Source: Gracilinanus agilis
Taxonomy: Eukaryota
DNA: 64,000 nucleotides
Assembly (NCBI RefSeq): GCF_016433145.1
Contig: NC_058131.1
Span: 504,558,058 to 504,622,057 of the forward strand
Direction: 5' to 3'
The notes beneath the pieces were generated by a model. It did no database searches. It was not told where the DNA came from and was given only the letters and a program-made list of their open reading frames with translations. The position numbers and the translations under genes are program-made. Of this stretch, positions 53,485-64,000 are shown in pieces (within the stretch, counting starts at the first letter, position 1; each line of letters begins with the position of its first letter).

Positions 53485-54689
53485 CTAAAAAAAAAAAAAA
53501 TTAGTGGTAATCAATAAAAACAGACAATGATTAAGAGAAAAATTATTTTGAATAGGATCATCAAATTTCAACTAATTAGACTGAGGAGTTAAGTAGTATA
53601 ATTCAATGACTTTAAAAAAATGTAAAATCACAACTATTACAGGAGTCAATCCAAAAGGTATCATATATTTTAAAATACTGTGGTATCCTCCAGAGGGCAC
53701 TGCAATATCTTAATTTACAACTGAAAAAAAATTTCTTTCATCCAGAAGTTTCTTAAATGGTAGCAGGCCCAAGCAAAAACACAAAAATTTAAAATTCTTC
53801 CCAAAGATGCAGATTGGATGTTATCCAATTGGTCTTTTCTGATAAGGTCCTCTTCTTGCCCCTAACTTTAGTCTTCATTCCCAATAGCCACAGAGCTGTC
53901 AGCTCCTCTTAAGTCTCACCCATGTATCCCTTTTCTTTTCAGAATGGGATGCATGTTCTTGGATCCTAGTCCTCTTCTTTCAGTAGTTCTCTAATCATCT
54001 GATGTAGGTTGTTTGAGAAGAAAGTGGTATTTAGAGGGAGGAAGGATTGTATAATTCCCATGAAAGGTTTAAGGAGTTTCTAAATACTAAAAATATGATA
54101 AGAGATAAAGCATCCAATTAAAATTTTTCTCAATTTCCCTTAATTCTATTTTCCACAGCAATATTTACATTGATCATAAAACTTATTTCATGTTACTAGA
54201 TTAAAGTTATAATCTGACATCCTTTCTTTTATTTGTCTTTCCACTAACAAATAAGTCTTTAAAATCTTTTTTAAAAAATCTCAAGTCTCAATACATTTTT
54301 ATTTTCTCAATATGTTTATTTCAGAATCTCTTTTTTAAATGATTCTGGGTATACAGTATCAGGCAATGACTAATTACTATGAGAGAGAAATTAGAAGAGC
54401 AAATATCTGATGAGCCCATATTATCCTGTAGACATTGCCTGATTAAATTTAATCAGTTGATACAAAATGTTTTCCTTATGCCCTCTTGTGGAAGAAATGG
54501 AAATAAATTTGATCATTGAGTTTTTTTTTTTTTAATTTGTAGGGAACTTAAAGATCATTCTAGACCAATCCCTTCAGTTCTATAAATTATGATCTTAAAA
54601 TCTAGAGACCAGAGTGACTTCTCCAGATCAAATAGCTATAGTAGGTCTAGTCTTTCATTTCAGTGCTATTTTTACTGAGGCAGTAATGG

Positions 54690-55060
54690 TTTCCATTCAA
54701 AACAAATCATCTCTTGGGAGTCTTGAAAATGGCTGGAGAACATTCAGGAGGGCAACCTTGATACAGAAGATTTTTGAGTTCATGCCATTAAGATGACCAG
54801 ATGAAGGATATGGAGATGTTTAGTTTGGGAAGAAAAGATAAAAGTGGGACATGAACAGACTCTTCATCTACTTCTGGGTTGTCACCTAAAAGAGGGATAA
54901 GGATTTTTCTGTTTGAGCCTACTGGAAAGAACTACAAGTGTTAGGTTGAAAAAACAAACAAACAAAAAAAGGTTTGAAGTAAAGAAAAACTTCTTACCAC
55001 TTATTTATATAGAAGTAGAATGAGTTGCTTAGGCAGCTAAGCAGTGCTGTGGAAAGACTG
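54690..55060 (+). mobile_element. CR1/L3 fragment
   Basis: ggagaacattcaggagggcaacc...ggagatgtttagtttgggaagaaaaga...gaaaaacttctta. Confidence 0.7.
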
Positions 55061-55084
55061 AATGGGTTTGTAGTTAAGAAGTTA

Positions 55085-55250
55085 TCGTTCAGTTGTGTCC
55101 AATTCTTTGTGACCCCATGCACCATAGCACACTAATAATGTCCACTGGGTTTTCTCAGCAAGGATATTACAGTGGTTTGCCATTTCCTACTCCAGTGAAT
55201 TGATACCAACACGAAGTTAAGTGACTTGCCTAGGTTCACACACCTATTTT
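55085..55250 (-). mobile_element. MAR1 / RTE-tail SINE
   Basis: gttcagttgtgtccaattctttgtgaccccatg...gtggtttgccatttcctactccag, then CORE aagtgacttgcc. Confidence 0.8.
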
Positions 55251-55723
55251 AAGTATCAAGAGTAAAATCAAGTCAAGAAGACTTGAGTTTAAATCCTGTC
55301 TGAGACACCTAGCTATTAAGCTGTGTGAGGCTCAGCAAGTTACTTAAATCATTCTGACTTAAGTTATATTACAGATTCTGAATTAGCTAAGAGATATTTT
55401 CTAAAAACAAAACAAAACAGCATATTTTAAGCCTCTATGTCAGAGAAAACATATACTTGCATAAAGCTGATAAAAGTATTAGCAATAGCTTATAAACTGA
55501 TCAAGGAATAGAAATAAAAATATTCTCCAATTAGAATACATAAATAGAAATGAATTTCTAGAGATTTCAACCAAAGTGGTTCAATAGTATTATATTTTCA
55601 CATATGAGGATAGGAGTGTCCTTAAAAGAAAATAACAATAAAAATGACTTGGGGAAGTAAGGACAATTACGTCTTACAGTATTATCACAGTAGACACAAT
55701 AAATATTAAATGAATTCATTCAC

Positions 55724-55874
55724 CTGAAAGAAAGGATGCTCTTTGATTTCATCTGCATCTCGTGGTCCACAACCCAATCTTTTCTTAGGATCTTTCACCA
55801 AGAGATGCTGAATTATATCTTTAGCTAAAGCACTCATTTCTTGAGGATATGGAGGTTCACTTTTTAAAATTCTC
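55724..55874 (-). CDS. RPS6KA5: MSK1 exon 8, end of N-terminal kinase domain
   Basis: 151 nt; (R)RILKSEPPYPQEMSALAKDIIQHLLVKDPKKRLGCGPRDADEIKEHPFFQ; acceptor atacag, donor gtgaat. Confidence 0.97.
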
Positions 55875-56829
55875 CTGTATAAAGATATTTGCTATTAAAA
55901 TATTGCATCTATAGTAGATGGCTAAATAAATATTTCTTTAAGAAAACATTGTTGCAAGATACTTTAGAATTGAATTAGACAATAAAGAATTTTATTTAAA
56001 AATATGTTTAAACATGAGGTCTCTAGAACTGGGATTCTTAAATGCAAGAAAATCCAAGAATGAAAATTAATGCATCAAGCTTTGATGAAAAATTAAATTC
56101 ACCTTGATCTCTCACTTTATATTGAATCTATCCCTGCTATCTGAGAGCATTCCTGTTTCACTGTTCTCTAAAAAGAAAACAAAGGGAAAAACCCCCAAAT
56201 TTTCCCTTGATGCTCTAATCCTCTCAAGCTACTGTTACATCTCTTCTCTGTTGCACTTAAAAATATTAAGAGGTGTTTTCACTTGTTTGTTGCTTCTGCT
56301 TCTTTACTATTTATTCACCCCTTAATGCCAAACATTTATTGGATTAAAATATATAGTAATATAAGGTACAGAGTTGACTTGATCAAGTTCAAGATCCTTT
56401 CCAATTAAAAAATATCAGAGCACACATCACAACTAATATTAATGTTTAATTTTAAGATAAATAGAAAAAAGCACCAACCATATTCCATTAAATTTTTAAA
56501 CCTGTGTGCCACCATCTATTAGGGTTAATGAGAATGTAGGAGGTAGTAAAAGAGAAGGTGATAGAATCATTCTCCTATACAACTCTTCTGATAGTAGGAA
56601 GGAATCATTAAGATCTTTCATATAGAAAAATGTATTTTATGGCTCTTAATGCTACAAAACAGGCAAAGCTTACACCTACCACACTCCCTGGTCATGTAAT
56701 AATTATACATCATCTGCTTAATTTTTACAGCTCTATATAATCTGATATCAACTCATATTTCCAGCCTCAGTGGACATTATTTCCTCATCAGGATTTTGTA
56801 GTCATTCTCTATGGCAAAAATGAAAATGA

Positions 56830-56980
56830 GAATAAGAAAATATGGACATACGTATCAAATGATAACATTTGTATAACCCAGTAGAATTGCTTGTTGGCTC
56901 TTGGAGGGGGGGGAAGGAAGAGGGAAGGGAAAGAAAATGAATTGTGTAAACATGGAAAAATATTTAAAAATAAATGTAAA
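56830..56980 (+). mobile_element. L1 3'-terminal fragment
   Basis: gataacatttgtataacccagtagaattgcttgt...ggaggggggggaaggaagagggaagg...aaaaataaat. Confidence 0.75.
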
Positions 56981-58349
56981 AAGAGATGAGAATGATTCTG
57001 ACTGCTTCCTACAGGGTGGCATGCAGGTGAAACGATTTTTTTGTAAGATGGGTATGGTTTGACTTCCCCCGCCCCCTACATATTTAAAATGAAACACTCA
57101 TGTTAGTTGTTATGTGTGTGGGGAGTGGGAGGGGGGTAACTTTGTCTCTTCTATAGCATTGGGGGCCCTAAAACATTTTTCCATATGATTCAGGGATAAT
57201 GAATATAATAAAATACATTATTTTGTATAATTTTAAAGATAAAAGAGGGAATGATATAACAGGAAAAAGACCTATTTTAGAATCAGATAGACTTGGTTTC
57301 CAGTCCCACTTCTAACACCAGCTGTGTGACAATAGACAAGTCACTAAATCTTTCAAGACCAAACAACTCTTTAAGACTGCAAACCACAGAAAAATAACAT
57401 GTATTGGTAGAAGGAATCTATAAACTAAGAGTTCCCAAAATGCTGAAATTACAGGCCAGGGTTAAAAATGATATAAAAGCTATGAATTTACATTTAAAAG
57501 GAGAGTGGAAGAGACTATTTAAAACCCCAAGGTATAATAAATAAGACAAATTTAGCACAGAAAGTAAATAACAGGTTGTTTACTTTCTTTGGTTAGGTGA
57601 AAAAATTCCTTTAAATAGGTGAAAACTTTGTAATGGCTGTAAAAGAACTAAATCATATCATATAATTATTCTATTTTAATGCCACAATTAGCTATTTCTA
57701 AGTAGGCACACTTAGAAAAGAAACTCCACTACTTGCTTCAAGCAAACAGTAAGAGTTATTATTAAAGGAACATCAATGGAGCCATAAATTTTGACTGGAT
57801 ATTTTGGTAGTGCTATTAATTTGAAGGATTAGCCATAACTCTTCAATAAGAGAATTCCACTTTTAGTCATTTATTTTTTAGAATGAAGACCAAATCTGAA
57901 TGGTTCAAAATAGCAAAGATGGTAGAAAAGGAAAAATCAGTATAACTTCATTCTTTTCCACAACTGCTCTAGTAAGATCAAGGAAGAACACCAGACCAAG
58001 TAATGATGAAGAAATTCAAGGAGAAACCACAGCAAGTCATTTTCTAGCCTGCATCATGATAGGGAGAAGGCCAGAGGCCTGTGGGCACAGAGGATGGAGC
58101 CCATTCTGGAAGGCTTGTGTAGAGCCTTCTACATGGAGTCAGGACTGAGGTCTCCAGTGCTGTGCACCAGGACACGGAACAGAGTGGTAAGGGATCTTGC
58201 AACTGACCTCAAGCTATATAACTTGCAAGGAACAGAAACATGAGCCAGCTTGCTGCTGAATAGATGGGACCCTGGAGCTGGGTTTTGTTTCTGGTAAGGG
58301 ATGTCTTGGCCAGGGAAGAAGCAGAACAGAAGCAAGGGGCAGCTGTGTG

Positions 58350-58780
58350 ACTTTTATTATCTCTTACCAAGATTCTTCAACAGGCTCCTAACTGGTTTCT
58401 CTGCCTCAAATCTCTCTCACTTTAATCTGTTCTCCATACTGCTGCCAAAATAATTTTCTTTAAACTCAAATCTGATCTTCATATTCAACCAATTCCAAGG
58501 CCTTCCAATTGTCTTTAGCATCAAACAAAACTCCTTTTTTAACTTGTATAGCTCTATAACAATCTGATCTAGCCTCATTGGACATTACATTTCTTCCATA
58601 TAAATGGGACTTAAAAAAAAATTCTTCACACATGGTGTGCCCTCTACTTTTAAGATGCAGCATAGGCACCATATTTTACTTGAAGCCTTTTCCTGAGGCA
58701 AACTCCATATTCACTATTCCTCCAAGTACTAGTGCATTCTCATTTGTATTTAACTCCTTTGTATATATTTGCATGTATCA
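58350..58780. mobile_element. L2 fragment
   Basis: ctcctaactggtttctctgcctcaaatctctc...ctgccaaaataattttc...tctttagcatcaaa. Confidence 0.7.
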
Positions 58781-58782
58781 AC

Positions 58783-59047
58783 TATAGAAGTGGAAAATTT
58801 TGTCTCTTTGAACTACATTCCCCAGAATTCCTTTAGTATTTTCCAAAATTCCTTTTCATTTCTCTACCATGTTGGTGTGGTCATGTTTTGTATATAGTTG
58901 GCTGTAACTTTGCCCCTCTTTCTCTTCTCTTTTCCCATGACTGGACTGTGCCTTGGTTAGCTGTCTTTTTACTCTAACTTTAGTTATTATTAATAAACTT
59001 CATAAAATATAATACTTAGTTATCATATATTAATTTTAATCTTAACA
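58783..59047 (+). mobile_element. 5' LTR of an ERV1-like element
   Basis: Ends taattttaatcttaaca; tatata about 58890 and aataaa about 58992; directly followed by a primer-binding site. Confidence 0.8.
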
Positions 59048-59050
59048 ATT

Positions 59051-59068
59051 TGGCCTACCATGAAGGGA
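59051..59068 (+). promoter_or_regulatory. retroviral primer-binding site, tRNA-Arg type (degenerate)
   Basis: tggcctaccatgaaggga versus TGGCGACCACGAAGGGAC, the complement of the 3' end of tRNA-Arg(CCG), 3 nt after the LTR's terminal CA. Confidence 0.7.
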
Positions 59069-61245
59069 GAGAATTTTCAAACATTTTTTAAGATAGTGTA
59101 GATAAATTTTGCAAGCTGCTTTTCCTCCTGCTGCCACTCTTCCTGCTGCTCCTGCTGCCTTGAGCTACTGCCGCTGCCACCCAGCCTACAGCCTCCACTT
59201 GCCTGCAACAAGACCTGTCTTTTCAACACACAAGCTGGGAGTTCTTAAGAAGCTGGTGAAGTATACATCCCCCTTTCCCTTGCTTGCTGAGGCTTACCAA
59301 GGTGATTTTTAAGCCGACCAGGGACTCACTTATTATCATGGGGCCATTGTTTTTACCCCTGTGTGGGAAGGGTCAGAACTTTTCTCCCAAACATTCCTTG
59401 TGAGGTTTTTTACTCCTAGGCAGTGCATACTAGGGTAGCACCACCTATTGACAGGAAGCAGAGATTGCAAACATGCTCCTGCCCCTCTCCAACAGCTTCT
59501 GTTTCCAGAGACCCTTATTGAGCTCATGCAGCTTACAGCTTTAGGATGTCTTTTCTTACTTCTGTTCATTGGGGTTTTTCTACTGATTGGATACCTTGCA
59601 TTTGATAGCTTGACTAATCTTCAGATTCAGATAGGAGGTTCATCTTACACTCTTTTGTCATTTTTGCCCAACCTCTGCAAATCATCCCATATTGGGGTTG
59701 TCCACACTATGCCCAGTGTGTGTAAAAATAATTCCAGAGCTGTGACCAAAGAAGTGCAAATGGATGATAAAAACTGGGGAGGGGAAGGAATCTTAAAGAG
59801 ATCTAGAGGTTTATTCATGTTAACTTTTTGAGTTTTGTTTCCCCTTCATGATAGTGAAGAAGTCTATTGGAATTGGAAAAAAGGACATTTGAATTCACTG
59901 CCTATATATCCTGTCATGCTTATTGTATTTGCTGACTGTTTTAAAATTTAATTTTGCTTTTAAGTTCACATATTAATCTAATCAATACTATTCTGTTACA
60001 CTGAATCATTTTAAGCTACTGCGTTTTGCCTATTAGATATATTGTTCCATTATTTTTATTTGTACCTTTCCCCTATGACTGTACTGAACAAAATGTCATT
60101 GTACAAGTCCATAGTCATCTTGAACAAACCTTTTTTAAGTGGCAAAACCATAAGCCCTTATGTATGCTGAGTTTGTCACTTGCTCCATCAAAATCATATA
60201 TTGCTTATACAGCTTTTTTTTCATTTTGCCTTTGTTAATTGTCACATAGATGATGATGATGGATGGATGCCATCAAAACTGGTTACAATTGTATACAACC
60301 TTTGAAGAATTTAATGAGCTAAATATCTCAATTGATTTTAAGGGGTCTTCAGAAATGATTTTTAGCTTAATGACATATATATATGTATATATATATATAT
60401 ACACACATATATATATAATAAAGAATGTTGAATTAAAGGTAGAGAATAAAATAGAAGTTCCTGCAAGAAAAGTTTTATATAAAGCATGAAGCCAAAAGTA
60501 GTTCCTGCATGATATTTTAACTCCAGTTTAATCTACTTCCATCAGAACAATCTAGATTCTTGGTGATGTTTTAGACTCAAAAGGCTTTCATCAGCAGTTC
60601 AGAGGTTTGTGTTTTTCCTAGGCTCTTCTGCCAAATTTTGGAATAATGGCAGTAATAGACTTTGTTAAAAATATCTTTGCCAAGGTTGAAAGATTTGCTA
60701 CATCTGTAGAATCTGTGACAAATATCCATCGGTTCATAGGTTTTTAAAAATGTTACACAGCAAGTGGCTATATAGAAACTCATGTGACTCCTATATGATA
60801 GTGGTTTTGTTTGCTATTGTCATTAACTTGGCTATTGTGAATTTTGGGAATTTTGGTATTTTCTTTGAATGTGCATTATCTACTATATTACTGTTTTATA
60901 AAACTGTTACTTTGTGAAAATCATATGCACTCACACAGTAGTTCATGGCCTAGTTAAAAAGGAAATAGATCTCATTTTTGGGTGAGAAACCTTTGTTATT
61001 CTACCTTTCCTTGGCTGACACAGTGTGTCACTGATTGTAAGCTATATATTTTAAAACATTTTTATAATTTTTTCCTTGTACTTGAAATATAATATTTGAG
61101 TTTTACTTTTTTCTCTCCTTTTTTGAACTCGAAGCACATGTTACCAGGATTAAAAGGGTTTTTTTTTTATTTTGCACTAGGGTAATTTAAAAAATGTCCA
61201 TTAACCCTAATGTCAATGCATGTCCCGCCCCACTGCAAAAAAAAA
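59069..61245 (+). mobile_element. ERV internal region, copy A (no gag/pol/env recognised)
   Basis: Follows the LTR and PBS; homologous to 62600-64000. Confidence 0.65.
60375..60418. repeat. (TA)n-rich microsatellite
   Basis: Read directly; the paralogous, different array is at about 63485-63555. Confidence 0.9.
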
Positions 61246-62200
61246 NNNNNNNNNNNNNNNNNNNNNNNNNNNNNNNNNNNNNNNNNNNNNNNNNNNNNNN
61301 NNNNNNNNNNNNNNNNNNNNNNNNNNNNNNNNNNNNNNNNNNNNNNNNNNNNNNNNNNNNNNNNNNNNNNNNNNNNNNNNNNNNNNNNNNNNNNNNNNNN
61401 NNNNNNNNNNNNNNNNNNNNNNNNNNNNNNNNNNNNNNNNNNNNNNNNNNNNNNNNNNNNNNNNNNNNNNNNNNNNNNNNNNNNNNNNNNNNNNNNNNNN
61501 NNNNNNNNNNNNNNNNNNNNNNNNNNNNNNNNNNNNNNNNNNNNNNNNNNNNNNNNNNNNNNNNNNNNNNNNNNNNNNNNNNNNNNNNNNNNNNNNNNNN
61601 NNNNNNNNNNNNNNNNNNNNNNNNNNNNNNNNNNNNNNNNNNNNNNNNNNNNNNNNNNNNNNNNNNNNNNNNNNNNNNNNNNNNNNNNNNNNNNNNNNNN
61701 NNNNNNNNNNNNNNNNNNNNNNNNNNNNNNNNNNNNNNNNNNNNNNNNNNNNNNNNNNNNNNNNNNNNNNNNNNNNNNNNNNNNNNNNNNNNNNNNNNNN
61801 NNNNNNNNNNNNNNNNNNNNNNNNNNNNNNNNNNNNNNNNNNNNNNNNNNNNNNNNNNNNNNNNNNNNNNNNNNNNNNNNNNNNNNNNNNNNNNNNNNNN
61901 NNNNNNNNNNNNNNNNNNNNNNNNNNNNNNNNNNNNNNNNNNNNNNNNNNNNNNNNNNNNNNNNNNNNNNNNNNNNNNNNNNNNNNNNNNNNNNNNNNNN
62001 NNNNNNNNNNNNNNNNNNNNNNNNNNNNNNNNNNNNNNNNNNNNNNNNNNNNNNNNNNNNNNNNNNNNNNNNNNNNNNNNNNNNNNNNNNNNNNNNNNNN
62101 NNNNNNNNNNNNNNNNNNNNNNNNNNNNNNNNNNNNNNNNNNNNNNNNNNNNNNNNNNNNNNNNNNNNNNNNNNNNNNNNNNNNNNNNNNNNNNNNNNNN
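61246..62200. other. assembly gap, 955 N
   Basis: Run of N flanked by A and T homopolymers. Confidence 1.
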
Positions 62201-62397
62201 TTTTTTTTTTTTTTTTTTTGTGTTTTGTTTTTGTTTTTGTTTTTTGAGGGCACTTAGCCCTAATCAGTGGATTTGAGATTTTTTTTTCTCTCCTGAAATA
62301 CCAAAATACCTGGGGTAGCCAGTCCTTCATATGCAGATATTCTATTGTTCTCCCTCAAAGTTTTTACCTTTTTGTTTACTCAGTAAATAAAATTCAC

Positions 62398-62545
62398 GGG
62401 GCAGCTGGGTAGATCAGTGGATTGAGAACCGGGTCTCTAGACACTTCCCAGCTGTGTGACCCTGGGCAAGTCACTTGACCCCCCCATTGCCCACCCTTAC
62501 CACTCTTCCACCTAGGAGCCAATGCACAGAAGTTAAGGGTTTTAA
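62398..62545 (+). mobile_element. SINE1_Mdo-related copy with internal deletion, antisense to the gene
   Basis: ggggcagctgggtagatcagtggattgag...acacttcccagctgtgtgaccctgggcaagtcac...gaagttaagggttttaaaa; TSD-like aaat(g)aaattca. Confidence 0.9.
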
Positions 62546-62599
62546 AACAAACAAACAAACAAATAAATAAATGAAATTCAGCTTTTTTTTTTTTTGGAG

Positions 62600-64000
62600 G
62601 AATAATGCGCAAACAGCTTTCATTTCCATGGAGCTTTATCCAGCACCAGCAGCTCAAAGTTTTAGAGTGTCTTTTCTTACTACTGTTCCTGGGTACGCTG
62701 GTCCTTGCACCTAGTTTGACTAATCTTAAGATTCAAAGGGGAGATTCATCTTCCTATACCTCCTCTCCAGCTTCTGTCACATAACCATTATGGGATTTGT
62801 CTACACTATGCCCAGTGCATGTATGAGGAACTCCAGAGGGGTGACAAAAGAAATGCAAATGGATGAAAATACTGGGGAGGGGAAGGAACCTTTAATGAGA
62901 TCTGGAAGTTTATTGATGTTAACCTTTTGAGTTTTGCTTCCCCTCCAAATAGTGAAGAAATCTATTGGAATTGGAGAAAAGGACTTTTGGCATCAATAAC
63001 TATGTCCCTGTCATGCTTATTTTATTTGCTGATTGTTTGTTTTAAGATTTAATTTTTTTAAGTTCATATATGTTAATCTAATCAATATCTTTCTGTTATA
63101 CTGAATCATTTTAAGCTATTCTGTTTTTGCCTATTAGATATATTCTGTTATATTGTCTTTATTCTTACCTTTCCCTTATAATTGTACTGAACAAAATATC
63201 ATTGTACAAGCCCATGAACACCTTGCATAAACCTTTTTAAGTGGCAAAGCCCATAACTCCTTATGTATGCTGCATTTGTCACCTGATCCGTCAAGGTCAC
63301 ATGTTGTTTATATAGCCTTTTCTTCCATTTTGCCTTTGTTAATTGTCACATAGATGATGATGGATGGACTCCATCAAAATTGGTTACAATTGTATGCAAC
63401 CTTTGGAGAATTTAATGACTTAAGAATTTAAATTGCTTTTAAGGGGTCCTCAGAAATGATTTTTAGATATCTAGTAGCTTCTGGAATATATATATAATAA
63501 ATAGATATAATATATTATGTTAATATAATAACAATTATTATATATAATATATAATAAAGAATGTTGAATTAAAGGTAGAGAACAAAATAGAAGTTCCTGC
63601 AAGAAAAGTTTTATATAAAGCATGAAGCCAAAAGTAGTTCCTGCATGATATTTTAACTCCAGTTTAATCTACTTCCATCAGAACAATCTAGATTCTTGGT
63701 GATGTTTTAGACTCAAAAGGCTTTCATCAGCAGTTCAGAGGTTTGTGTTTTTCCTAGGCTCTTCTGCCAAATTTTGGAATAATGGCAGTAATAGACTTTG
63801 TTAAAAATATCTTTGCCAAGGTTGAAAGATTTGCTACATCTGTAGAATCTGTGACAAATATCCATCGGTTCATAGGTTTTTAAAAATGTTACACAGCAAG
63901 TGGCTATATAGAAACTCATGTGACTCCTATATGATAGTGGTTTTGTTTGCTATTGTCATTAACTTGGCTATTGTGAATTTTGGGAATTTTGGTATTTTCT
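62600..64000 (+). mobile_element. ERV internal region, copy B
   Basis: Collinear with 59490-60865 at an offset of about 3.1 kb. Confidence 0.7.

Noticed and set aside
61167-62330. Five 345-387 aa ORFs, the longest in the track
   Set aside because: They are made of X residues from the N gap.
60577-63919. Identical 68-aa ORF present twice on the minus strand
   Set aside because: A by-product of the near-identical duplicated block; no domain or splice support.

Overview
AT-rich, CpG-poor marsupial genomic DNA. The repeat content (SINE1_Mdo-like, MAR1, MIR, L2, CR1) points to an opossum, probably Monodelphis. The window holds the 3' two-thirds of RPS6KA5 (MSK1) on the minus strand: ten exons (human exons 8-17, lengths 151/162/126/134/94/171/192/160/164/237 nt), all with GT-AG sites and consistent phases. 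They encode about residues 270-798, and all known regulatory phosphosites in that span are intact. Below the stop codon lie a proximal 3'UTR with two poly(A) signals and about 11 kb of young-transposon-poor DNA that may be an extended UTR. The introns contain L1, L2, CR1, SINEs, hAT MITEs and LTRs. At the far end is an ERV1-like element with a tRNA-Arg primer site, duplicated across a 955-N gap. I found no new gene system. The best leads are a 3'UTR hairpin that couples a miR-17 site to a poly(A) signal, a probable intronic-polyadenylation isoform after exon 13, and a membrane-peptide frame kept open in two diverged ERV copies. Exon and residue numbers come from my recall of human MSK1, and identity percentages are estimates by eye.
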